From positions 1 through 54,185 of the IMG/VR virus record IMGVR_UViG_3300036794_000064: 54,185 bases of DNA; one strand, given 5' to 3'. The stretch is from a virus (taxonomy: Duplodnaviria; Caudoviricetes). Under the pieces are notes generated by a model. The model searched no databases, had not been told where the DNA came from, and was given only the letters and a program-made list of their open reading frames with translations. Below are positions 14,888 to 22,924 of the stretch, piece after piece (the first letter of the stretch is position 1; each line of letters begins with the position of its first letter). The position numbers and the translations under genes are program-made.

Positions 14888-15823
14888 CTAGCTGTTCGTG
14901 ACTGCGAGCATCCGCTCGAGAAGGTCAACGGCGGATGCTTTGGCGGCGGCCCGCGGTTCGGCCAGTTTGGTGTTCAGGACCTCTTGGAGTCTGGCTCGGA
15001 CGGCGTCGCGGATCGCCCAGTAGACGTGCGACCACCGGGCAACGGCAGCGGCAACGGCAGCGGCAGCGGCAACGGCAACGGCATCGGCAGCGGCAGCGGC
15101 AACGGCAACGGCAGCGGCAGCGGCAACGGCAGCGGCAACGGCAACGGCAGCGGCAGCGGCAACGGCAGCGGCAGCGGCAGCGGCAACGGCATCGGCAGCG
15201 GCAACGGCAACGGCATCGGCAGCGGCATCGGCAGCGGCAACGGCAACGGCATCGGCAGCGGCAGCGGCAACGGCAACGGCAGCGGCAACGGCCGTGAGGC
15301 CTCGCTTTTCAAGCTCGGCCTTCACGGCCCCCCTGATCTTCTTGCTCCACGAGTCCCGCAACGGCCACGTGACGTCACGGACCGCGTCAATCGTCGGGCC
15401 GCACGCCAGCCAGTCGGCCCGGCTGGTGACGGTCGGGAGAGCCTCTACCTGGGCGGCCTGGTCGTCGAGGCCGGCGGCGCGCAGCCAGAGCGGCAGGTGG
15501 AAGTGGACCATCCAGTCGGCGGCCATCCAGCCCCGCTGGTCCTCTTGGGCTTTGGTGCCTTTCGATCCGACGAGCCGGGTGATGTACGGCTTGAGGGCCT
15601 GCCGGTCGGTGTCGCCGAGGTCGTCGTTCCACCGGCGCATGAACGCCGCGATCGTCGGCGATGCGCACTGTGGATGGTCGGACCAGGGTTCGCCGGCGAC
15701 CCAGGCGACGGCTTCCATGATGCACGCTTGGATGTCGCCATCGGTGGGCGGCCGGTGGCCTCCGGATTTCAGGATGAGGCTGTCGATTCGGGCGGCTCGT
15801 TCGGGGATAAGGGCGGTGGTCAT
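14888..15823 (-). CDS. Phage protein with an 84-aa Ala-(Val/Ala/Asp) repeat insert
   Basis: RBS GAAAGGA; N-terminal CIMEAVAWVAGEPWSDHPQCASP..FMRRWND; repeat is in frame. Confidence 0.8.
   Translation of the reverse strand: MTTALIPERAARIDSLILKSGGHRPPTDGDIQACIMEAVAWVAGEPWSDHPQCASPTIAAFMRRWNDDLGDTDRQALKPYITRLVGSKGTKAQEDQRGWMAADWMVHFHLPLWLRAAGLDDQAAQVEALPTVTSRADWLACGPTIDAVRDVTWPLRDSWSKKIRGAVKAELEKRGLTAVAAAVAVAAAAADAVAVAAADAAADAVAVAAADAVAAAAAAAVAAAAAVAVAAAVAAAAAVAVAAAAADAVAVAAAAAVAAAVARWSHVYWAIRDAVRARLQEVLNTKLAEPRAAAKASAVDLLERMLAVTNS
15041..15292. repeat. 42-unit hexamer tandem array (AACGGC/AGCGGC/ATCGGC)
   Basis: 252 bp built from three hexamer variants; reads GCC-G(T/C/A)T on the coding strand. 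Confidence 0.95.
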
Positions 15824-17174
15824 GCTCGTTCCTTTCAGGTGGCTGATTCTGCGGGAATGGGTGTGCCGACACCGCGGCCGGCGAGATGGGTGTCGGCGAG
15901 GGGACGGGTCGGGCGTGTGCCGCCGGGCTGGCCTAGGCACGCGCCGCAACGAAAACACCAGCTGACATGCGGGTCGGTGCGGTCGGTGGCGAGCCAGCCG
16001 TCGCCGCACGCGTGGGCCTCGGACTGCAGCTCCTCGACGGTCGGGAGTGGGCCACGAACGGCGACGGTCGAGCCGATGAGGGTCACGGTTGACCCGTGCT
16101 AAACGGCCCGATATCGTCATCGCTGGCCTGGTCCCTGGAGTCAGAGACGTTTGCCCCCGTAGGAGGCGTTTCGGATTGTCCGTTGCAAGGGGCCAGGCCC
16201 AGCCGCTCGACTTGGTCAGATAGGTACTCGGGGATACGTTCGGCGTGGTAGGGCTCGGGGTAGTCCAGCCAGTCAGGATTGCAGCTAGTCATGTATCACC
16301 GGCCGCTATCGCTCGTAGTTGGGCGGCCATCAGGGCCTCGGTCGTCGCCTTCTGCTCGGCCAGTTCTTCCTCCGTGTCGGGCCGATCTTCGGTCAGCCCT
16401 GCTTCACGCATGGCTTCCACGGTTGCCCGAAGGCTGCCAAGCCGAGCTATTGCCTTCAGCCGCTCACGTTCATCCTTGTTCATTCAATCACTCCCGCCCG
16501 CCTCGGGCTTGCCGTCGAGAATGTGGTACAGCCACGACCCGAACTGGTCGACCTTGCGCCGCTCGGCGGTCACGTCGATGCCCGTTGGCTCGCTTCATCA
16601 TCTCGATTGTCTCCCAGGTGATCTGAGCGCCGCGGCAATGCCGCAGTGGGGAGAACTTCTCGGGGTCGTAGCCCTTCGCGTATCCCTCACCTATCCCGAC
16701 TCCGATTTTTGCTGTATCTGCCATCAGTCAGCCTCCTTCTCGATCGGCGGTATCCCGCCCGTCTTTGAACATGGCCGACTGGCCGCAGCGCATCGCCTCG
16801 GTCAGCGAATGGTCGGCCAAGGTCGAGTGGCAGCACGGGCAGTCCATCAGCACCAACTCGCTGAGTTGGAAGCCGTATAGCTGGTCGATGTCAGCCTCAC
16901 TCATCACGACTCCCCTGTTCCGCCCAGGTCTTCCAAGTGCTCGGCCACGGCATCGTCCCGCTTCCACGGATGGGTCAGCACTGGAGACGCGGTGGCGCAC
17001 AACTCCTCGATGGCATTGAGTTGCGCCTCGCTGATATCACGCCGCCATTGCGGATCGCGGCTCAACGCACGGTTGTGGCTTCGGACGAGGTCACATCCAG
17101 CGCAGTCACCGCATGGCTCAGTGACGTGATCCGTCGTGCAGCACCATGTGCCGTCCTCGGTGTAGAACTCGCTC

Positions 17175-17342
17175 TTATCGCTCACGGTCGCTCCCACCCG
17201 GCTCGACGGGGACCAGACCTCGGTCACACTTTCGACACGGGACAGCGTGCTCGTCCATGTCCGGGCTGGCGTCCATGTAGTAAATCTCGCCCATCCCGTC
17301 GCAATCGGGGCACCACTTCATGCCTTCTGGAAGGTCACTCAT
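17175..17342 (-). CDS. DnaJ-type Cys-rich zinc-finger protein
   Basis: CPDCDGMG...CRKCDRG. Confidence 0.55.
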   Translation of the reverse strand: MSDLPEGMKWCPDCDGMGEIYYMDASPDMDEHAVPCRKCDRGLVPVEPGGSDRER

Positions 17343-17669
17343 CGTTCGCTCCTTCTCGCCCCTCGGCTTCCTGTGCGGCCTTGATCGCCTCAAGCTGGCG
17401 GCTCATCTCGGCCAGGTCTTGGCAGGTATCCCAAAGGGAGCAATAACTCCCTCGGACATAACCACAATGCTCGTTGCTCCTCGGGCACCCAGCGGCACTA
17501 CTTCTCATCGGTGACCCTCCCGCCCTGGCGTCGTGCTCGTTCGTCGGCATAGATCTTCTGGCATCTGGCGCACAGCAGATCGTCCAGCGGTATTGCTGCC
17601 AGGCAGTCGTAGCAGCGGTTCGGGTACATGCGCTCCAATGGGCTAGTCATGTGTTTCGCCCGTGTGTGG

Positions 17670-18170
17670 TCATACGGCGATCAGCGCCCCTTCTCTCGGT
17701 AGCGGCTCTATGGCATCGGGCATCCGGTCGGGGAGGAGCTGCCAGACCCACAGCCCGGCCTTGGTGAACCCGACGTGCTCGAAACCGGCCTTCTTGTAGC
17801 AGTAGCCCGGCTCCCGCTTGTGCTCGACCTCGTCGGCGTTGACGAACGTCACCATCCCGAGCGGCGGTGGTACCGGCCACTTCCACAGCGTGTGGGCGAC
17901 CGCCTGGCGGATCATGTCGGATGCCACGCCGGGGCCTTCTTTGCGGAAGCACGAGTTCATCCACGCTCCAGCCCAGTCGTGCTGGACGTACTCGGCCTTC
18001 GGGCACGAGGTCACCCACAGAGCGGGAGTGTCGGCCAGGAGGACCAGGCAGCGGCCTGGTGGTACGAAGCCGTCAGCGCCGACGTTCTGCCGGTTGTAGT
18101 GCCGGTCAGCAATGGCGCGGCCTACCGGGTCGTTCCGCCATGAGATCCGCCAGTTGCAGTTACCTATCAC
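17670..18170 (-). CDS. Putative Mom-like GNAT-fold protein (possible DNA-modifying acyltransferase)
   Basis: ADRHYNRQ..., NSCFRKEG..ASDMIRQAV, MVTFVN...EPGYCYKKAGFEHVG (resembles the Mom G..Y.A.G[FW]..G motif). Confidence 0.55.
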   Translation of the reverse strand: MIGNCNWRISWRNDPVGRAIADRHYNRQNVGADGFVPPGRCLVLLADTPALWVTSCPKAEYVQHDWAGAWMNSCFRKEGPGVASDMIRQAVAHTLWKWPVPPPLGMVTFVNADEVEHKREPGYCYKKAGFEHVGFTKAGLWVWQLLPDRMPDAIEPLPREGALIAV

Positions 18171-18372
18171 GATTCACCTCTCTCCCGCCCTTCGGATCGG
18201 AGAACCGACCGCCGCACGGGGAGCCATCAGGCTGAGTCATGCGGTCCTCTTGGCCGAACTGGTCGGGGTCCCAGGTCTTGCGGCCGCAACGCCCACACGA
18301 CGCCTCGGGGGCGTCATCCCGCAGGTGTGGAGGTAACTCATTCTGGTCTTGGTCGTCGGCCCACATGCTCAC
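18160..18372 (-). CDS. Small CxxC protein, paralog of 30592..30861
   Basis: WADDQDQNELPPHLRDDAPEASCGRCGRKTWDP...CGGRFSDPK; 50/58 aa identical to the other copy. Confidence 0.8.
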   Translation of the reverse strand: MSMWADDQDQNELPPHLRDDAPEASCGRCGRKTWDPDQFGQEDRMTQPDGSPCGGRFSDPKGGREVNRDR

Positions 18373-19039
18373 GATTCAGCCTCCTTGTCGTTCAACGGTT
18401 GCCCGCCCTCGTCGGGCATGGCGGGTGGGAATAGCGCATCGTGGGCCTCGGTCCAACGCAGTTGCTCCTCTTGGGTGGGGTCCTCCAACATGAACAGCTC
18501 CCACCTCCCACCGCCCACGTGCTCGCTGCTCCCGTACAGGCGCCTAATGGTCATCGTCCGATTCCTTCTTCTTCTCGCCCTTCGGTGGAACCTGTTTGAT
18601 CGCTCCGATCAGAGCGTTGATCTCGTCTTGCGGGCAGTCGAATAGAAGCTCGGTAAGGCAATAGCCGCCGTCCACCTTGTCTCGGAGCACCCGCAACAGA
18701 TGCAGAAGCATCCGATGTTCAGCGTCGTTAGCGGACTCGGCCCGCAGGCAACGGCGCTCCCACTCCTTGGCCTCGGGGCAGTATCCGTCCGCTGGCGTCG
18801 GGTAGGCGCACCCTTCGCATTCACCCATCACGCCTCACCTCTGTTCCGCCCTTTTCCGCCCCTCGGGCTCGCCTGGGCTCGTGGAGTTGCCCTGTCGAGA
18901 CGTGGATCCAGTGGCACAAATGGCCGACGTGTGTCTCCGGCGAACGCCAGCACGCCGAGCCGGACTAGGACTTTCACGAGCAGATCACGCATGGCCATGG
19001 GCGAGGTGCTGCAGAGCGGAGTGGTGCCCTTATGGCCCT

Positions 19040-19369
19040 TCATCCGACGACCTCGGCGTCGAGGTGGAGGGCACGGCAGATGAGGCCGACAGCGCGGCCG
19101 TCATCGACCATGTCGGTAGTGACCCGGATGATCCGCCATCCGAGGACGGCGGCTTCGGAGTATTTGACGGCGTCGGATTCGAAGTGCGCGCCGCGGTTGT
19201 GGGCGCCACCGGTCCAGCTGCCGCCTTCGACCTCTACGGCGAGGAGCAGCGCTGGCCAGGCGAAGTCGAACCGCCATTTGCGGGTCGGGTGGAATCGGTG
19301 CTCGCGGACGTAAGCGGGTCCGTCGATCATTCGCAACTGGCCGGCGAGCCGGTCTTCAAGGTCGCTCAC
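19040..19369 (-). CDS. DUF559/Vsr-like PD-(D/E)xK endonuclease
   Basis: EHRFHPTRKWRFDFAWP..LAVEVEGG..H...D..KY..A...GWRIIR. Confidence 0.8.
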   Translation of the reverse strand: MSDLEDRLAGQLRMIDGPAYVREHRFHPTRKWRFDFAWPALLLAVEVEGGSWTGGAHNRGAHFESDAVKYSEAAVLGWRIIRVTTDMVDDGRAVGLICRALHLDAEVVG

Positions 19370-19535
19370 GATGCCGTCTCCTGCTCGGCTGGCAGTGTTT
19401 CGGCGAGCCGGCGGTAGTACTCGGCGTCGGTGCACAGGAACGAGAGGGGGTGTTCGTCGAGCCAGGCCATGGCGCAGATGATGTCGAGGTGCTGGACGAA
19501 CCCGCCGCAGGTGCGGCATCCGAGCGTCATCAGGA

Positions 19536-20534
19536 TCATGAGGCGTCGGCTTCCTCGAACGCTTGGCGGCGGGCGTCGTCGATGCCTCGGTGGGTGGGGT
19601 GTGGGAGGCCGGTGTCGATGAACGCGCCCCGCTTGGCCGGGCTCGGGTGGACCCGGTCGACGTGGCCTTCGAGGGAGGTTTCGGTTTTGAAGAATTGGGG
19701 TGGTTTGCAGCGGGTGCAGCCGAACGTTGACCCGGCCAGATTCGGCCGCTCTCTATCACTTTCTGGTAAGTGGTTGACAACTGGTTGCGTCCAGGCACGC
19801 ACCATGATTTGCGGGTGGTGGTTGTCCGGGTTGACGACGGAGCGCAGGTGGGAGCGGAGGCCACCGATGGTGCGCCGGCGGGTGCCGCAGTCGCATTCCC
19901 ACAGTTGGCCGTCGGCGCGCATCCAGGCGTTACCGGGTGTCTGTTCGGCGCCGTCGATCCATTCGGGGTTGTCGAGGATCGCCATGGCCGTGGCTGTGTC
20001 TGCAGACACGGCCTCCGCTGTCTCGATGGTGACGGCCGCGGGGGCGGCCGGCGGGTCGGGGGTGAGGTCGCTTTCGCCGGCCGGTCCGGTTTTATCTCCG
20101 GGGGTCCCATCCGTGACGTTGGCAGCAGGCCCGTTGTCAAACGGCTGTTCGACCGGTGTGCGCTCTAACTCACCCCCGACCGGCCGGCCGCCCCCATCAC
20201 CTTTTGGGGGGAACCGGCGCGCCCATTTCTGCAGGACTGACTCGACGACGTCGAGCTGTCTCGACGCGGCGCGCGGGCCGATCCGGCGGACCAGGTCCGC
20301 GCCCTCCTGCTTCTGCTCATCGGTGAACTCGCGGCGTTTCCGAGGACCGGTCTTCTGCGGCGCGGGCGCCGGCCCGATCCTGCGGCTGTCCGGGTGCGGG
20401 TCGTCGGCGACCACGAACGGCTGCGCCGCCAACGGACGCAGCGCCACGATGGCGGCGTCGAGTTTGGCCAGCTCTGCCTGCTTCTCGGTGCGGGCCGCGA
20501 CCAGAGCGGCGACGATCTCGTCGAGTGATGTCAC
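19536..20534 (-). CDS. Hypothetical DNA-binding protein (HTH plus two C2H2-like fingers)
   Basis: FTDEQKQE..GPRAASRQLDVVESVLQKW; CDCG...LRSH; CTRC..F...LEGHVDRVH. Confidence 0.6.
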   Translation of the reverse strand: MTSLDEIVAALVAARTEKQAELAKLDAAIVALRPLAAQPFVVADDPHPDSRRIGPAPAPQKTGPRKRREFTDEQKQEGADLVRRIGPRAASRQLDVVESVLQKWARRFPPKGDGGGRPVGGELERTPVEQPFDNGPAANVTDGTPGDKTGPAGESDLTPDPPAAPAAVTIETAEAVSADTATAMAILDNPEWIDGAEQTPGNAWMRADGQLWECDCGTRRRTIGGLRSHLRSVVNPDNHHPQIMVRAWTQPVVNHLPESDRERPNLAGSTFGCTRCKPPQFFKTETSLEGHVDRVHPSPAKRGAFIDTGLPHPTHRGIDDARRQAFEEADAS

Positions 20535-20881
20535 AGCGGATACTCGTCGTCATCGGGGTCATCGTCGACCTCTTCGGCGTCGACCAGGTCCTGGAAGACG
20601 GGCGCCAGTTCCGGTGTCATGGACCGAGCCGCGGGCCAGGCGTAGCCGGCGACGCGCTCCGCCTCCTCCCGGGAGCACGGACGGATGGCGAAGATGGAGT
20701 CGGAGCCGTAGTACTCGGTGAGCGGTTCGGTGCCGGTGTGGTCGGTGCGGGTGGGGTGCTCGATGCGGAGCAGGGTGGCGCCGCCGAGCTGGGCGTCGGA
20801 GAGGAGCCCGGCCCGGGTGCGACGGCCCATGATCTCCACGACCGCCCACAGGCCGACGTCGGCTGGGGCGGCGTCGCTCAT
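20531..20881 (-). CDS. Hypothetical phage protein
   Basis: WAVVEIMGRRTRAG...LLRIEHP...YYGSDSIFAIRPCSREEA; acidic tail. Confidence 0.7.
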   Translation of the reverse strand: MSDAAPADVGLWAVVEIMGRRTRAGLLSDAQLGGATLLRIEHPTRTDHTGTEPLTEYYGSDSIFAIRPCSREEAERVAGYAWPAARSMTPELAPVFQDLVDAEEVDDDPDDDEYPL

Positions 20882-21759
20882 GCCGGGGGTGTGCCACGGA
20901 AGGCGACGAGGCCGACACCGTGCTCGACGTCGGACACAACATCGTCGAACGCGGTGCGGATCACGTCGTGGGGGCGGGTGAGCAGATAGCGGACCCGGAG
21001 GGCGCCGTCGTTGATTCGGAACTGGAAGCGGGCGTCGACCGGGTAGCCCTCGGTTTGGCCTTCGAAGCAGATCAGCCCGAGCTTGAACTTCGAGGGGATA
21101 GTGATGGTGGCGTTCTCGCCGGCCCGGGCGTCGATGGTCTCGTGGTAGGTGAACTGGCGTTGCCCGTTCCCGAGGAGCTGCTGGGAGCGGAACTCGAGCC
21201 GGTTCTTCGCCGACATGGTCTGCGCCAGCTCGAGCATCTCCGCGGCGGACGGTTCGACGATCTCGCCGTAGCCTTCTTCGAGGTGTTCGCCGAACTCGAC
21301 CTGGGCCAGCCACACCCGGTCCTGGGACGTCCAGTGCAACCATTCGGGGGCGTAACGCAGCGCGAGCGCGGCGCGGTGGTCGCCCCAGCCGGGGATGGCG
21401 CCGCCGGCGCCGTGGCCGTTGAGGACGGCGGTGACGGTCACCTTGTCGACATCGGCGTAGAGGGCGGTGCAGACTTTCTCGGTCTGGTCGGCCCGGGCGG
21501 TGTCGACCTGGTTGCGGTCGGCGGGGGCGGTTTCGTGGCCGTGTTTGCGGACGTACAGGACCAGCGAGTCGGGGGTGTGGACCGCGACGCGGGCTTTCAC
21601 CCGTCGGGGCGCGTCGAGGAGCGCCTCGTGGTCGTAGTGGTGCAGTGCGGTCTTGTTCGAGTAGACGATGGTGCCGGCGTCGCCGGCGATGGCGGGGATG
21701 TCTTCGCTGGTGGTGGCGTCGACGGCGAGGTCGGCGATGGCTTCGGCTTCGGTGCTCAT
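20878..21759 (-). CDS. YfdQ/DUF2303 family protein
   Basis: WGDHRAALAL..PEW..W, QVEFGEHLEE, PSAAEMLELA, IPSKFKLGLICFEG, ARFQFRI. Confidence 0.85.
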   Translation of the reverse strand: MSTEAEAIADLAVDATTSEDIPAIAGDAGTIVYSNKTALHHYDHEALLDAPRRVKARVAVHTPDSLVLYVRKHGHETAPADRNQVDTARADQTEKVCTALYADVDKVTVTAVLNGHGAGGAIPGWGDHRAALALRYAPEWLHWTSQDRVWLAQVEFGEHLEEGYGEIVEPSAAEMLELAQTMSAKNRLEFRSQQLLGNGQRQFTYHETIDARAGENATITIPSKFKLGLICFEGQTEGYPVDARFQFRINDGALRVRYLLTRPHDVIRTAFDDVVSDVEHGVGLVAFRGTPPA

Positions 21760-22142
21760 CAGGCTTCGTTCTCCTTGCGGTCGTTTTCGGGGATGACGGC
21801 CTCGGACCCGGGCACGCCGCGCAACGGCAGCCGGGTCTGGGCGGGATTGTGGCGGCTTAAATTGCCGTCTTCGGTGACGTACCAGAGGGTGTTCGGCCGT
21901 TTCCCTTCCGGGATTTTCACGGTCACGTTGTCGGTGATGCGGACCATGCCGTCCGCGTCGTCCTCCGGTGCCACCTTCAAGGTGAGTGTGAGGGTGCCGA
22001 CTTTGCCGGTGGCGGACACGGCCAAGATGAGCTCGTTGAATTGCTCGGACAGTTCGTGGTGGGTGAGTCCGCCGTTGACCTCGGCGAGGAAGTCGCCGAA
22101 CGGGCGGATCTGGCGGTCAGGGTTGTGGTCGGGCTTGGGCAT
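21759..22142 (-). CDS. YfdP-like partner of YfdQ
   Basis: FLAEVNGG..ELSEQFNELILAV.ATGKVGTLTLTLKV...WYVTEDGNLSRHNPAQ; coupled to yfdQ. Confidence 0.75.
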   Translation of the reverse strand: MPKPDHNPDRQIRPFGDFLAEVNGGLTHHELSEQFNELILAVSATGKVGTLTLTLKVAPEDDADGMVRITDNVTVKIPEGKRPNTLWYVTEDGNLSRHNPAQTRLPLRGVPGSEAVIPENDRKENEA

Positions 22143-22155
22143 GGGGTCCTTTCGG

Positions 22156-22503
22156 TTAGGCGGGGCTGCGGGCGAGGACGATCGGGGTCAGCACGCTCTT
22201 GGCGTGCAAATGTTTGAGCGGGTCTTTGTGGCGGATCTCGTCGGTGCCGAGCACCAGCAGCAGGTCGCGGAGAGCGGGGAGTTGGATGATGTCGCCGCCG
22301 GCGCCTGGGGCGGTGTCGGCGAACGGGAATGTCTCGTAGAACGGCGCCCCCCGGTAGATCCCGACGACCTTGACGAAGACCTCGCCGTCGGCGTCGGCCC
22401 AGGAGTCGATGACGGCGCCGCCGCGTTGCAGGTCGCCGCCGGGGTGGAAGTGGGTTTTCGAGAATCGGTACATCCCCGTGTCGACGTATTCGGGGCCGGT
22501 CAT
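22156..22503 (-). CDS. Hypothetical protein
   Basis: MTGPEYVDTGMYRFSKTHFHPGG...; ATGA overlap. Confidence 0.55.
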   Translation of the reverse strand: MTGPEYVDTGMYRFSKTHFHPGGDLQRGGAVIDSWADADGEVFVKVVGIYRGAPFYETFPFADTAPGAGGDIIQLPALRDLLLVLGTDEIRHKDPLKHLHAKSVLTPIVLARSPA

Positions 22504-22700
22504 GCTGCGCCGATCACGATTTGGAGGCCGCGGCCTTCGACCTCTTGGACGTCCATGACGAAGTCGCCGGCCCATTCGCCGTCCTCGTCGACGTAGATGT
22601 CGGTCGGGTCGACTTCGATGAGCACGTCGATGTCCCGGGCTTTCGCCCCCAGATGGGCCCGGACGCGCTCCAGGTCCTCCAAGAACCGGTCGAGCGTCAT
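22500..22700 (-). CDS. Small acidic hypothetical protein
   Basis: 66-aa ORF with overlapping start and stop. Confidence 0.55.
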   Translation of the reverse strand: MTLDRFLEDLERVRAHLGAKARDIDVLIEVDPTDIYVDEDGEWAGDFVMDVQEVEGRGLQIVIGAA

Positions 22701-22924
22701 CGCTCGGGCTCGCGGTGTGGGTCGGTGTGAGTCTTGACGAGCTCACGGTGGTGGGCGCACAGCTTGAAGTCGACCTCGTCGTCTCCGTCGTGAAGGACGA
22801 CGATCTGGACGGCCTGCTCGGCGCACGGCCTGCTGTCGTCGGGGAGGCTGATTCGGCGGCCCCACTGGCAGCCGAGCAGATCCTGGAAGAGCGGGTGGCT
22901 GCGGATGGCGTTGTCGAGGCTCAC
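22697..22924 (-). CDS. Small Cys/His hypothetical protein
   Basis: CQWG...PCAEQA...LCAHH. Confidence 0.55.
   Translation of the reverse strand: MSLDNAIRSHPLFQDLLGCQWGRRISLPDDSRPCAEQAVQIVVLHDGDDEVDFKLCAHHRELVKTHTDPHREPER

Larger units (their letters stand above)
15835..19043 (-). other. Cluster of about 15 small, tightly overlapping accessory genes with lower GC, several Cys-rich
   Basis: ORFs include 15835-16086, 16083-16292, 16289-16483, 16488-16724, 16728-16904, 16904-17185, 17175-17342, 18369-18554, 18544-18831 and 18828-19043, mostly with start/stop overlaps. Confidence 0.7.

Noticed and set aside
15041-15292. CRISPR array
   Set aside because: 6-bp tandem units with no unique spacers, and no cas operon
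14585-16102. Plus-strand GNGSGS-repeat ORF, and the RQ- and LP-repeat ORFs, as ice-binding or silk-like proteins
   Set aside because: These are alternative frames of the hexamer array; the minus-strand Ala frame has an RBS, plausible flanking domains and operon context
18160-18372. Paralog pair as a DGR TR/VR pair or an invertible-segment repeat
   Set aside because: Differences are mostly synonymous and not adenine-specific, identity is interrupted throughout, and no RT or invertase is present
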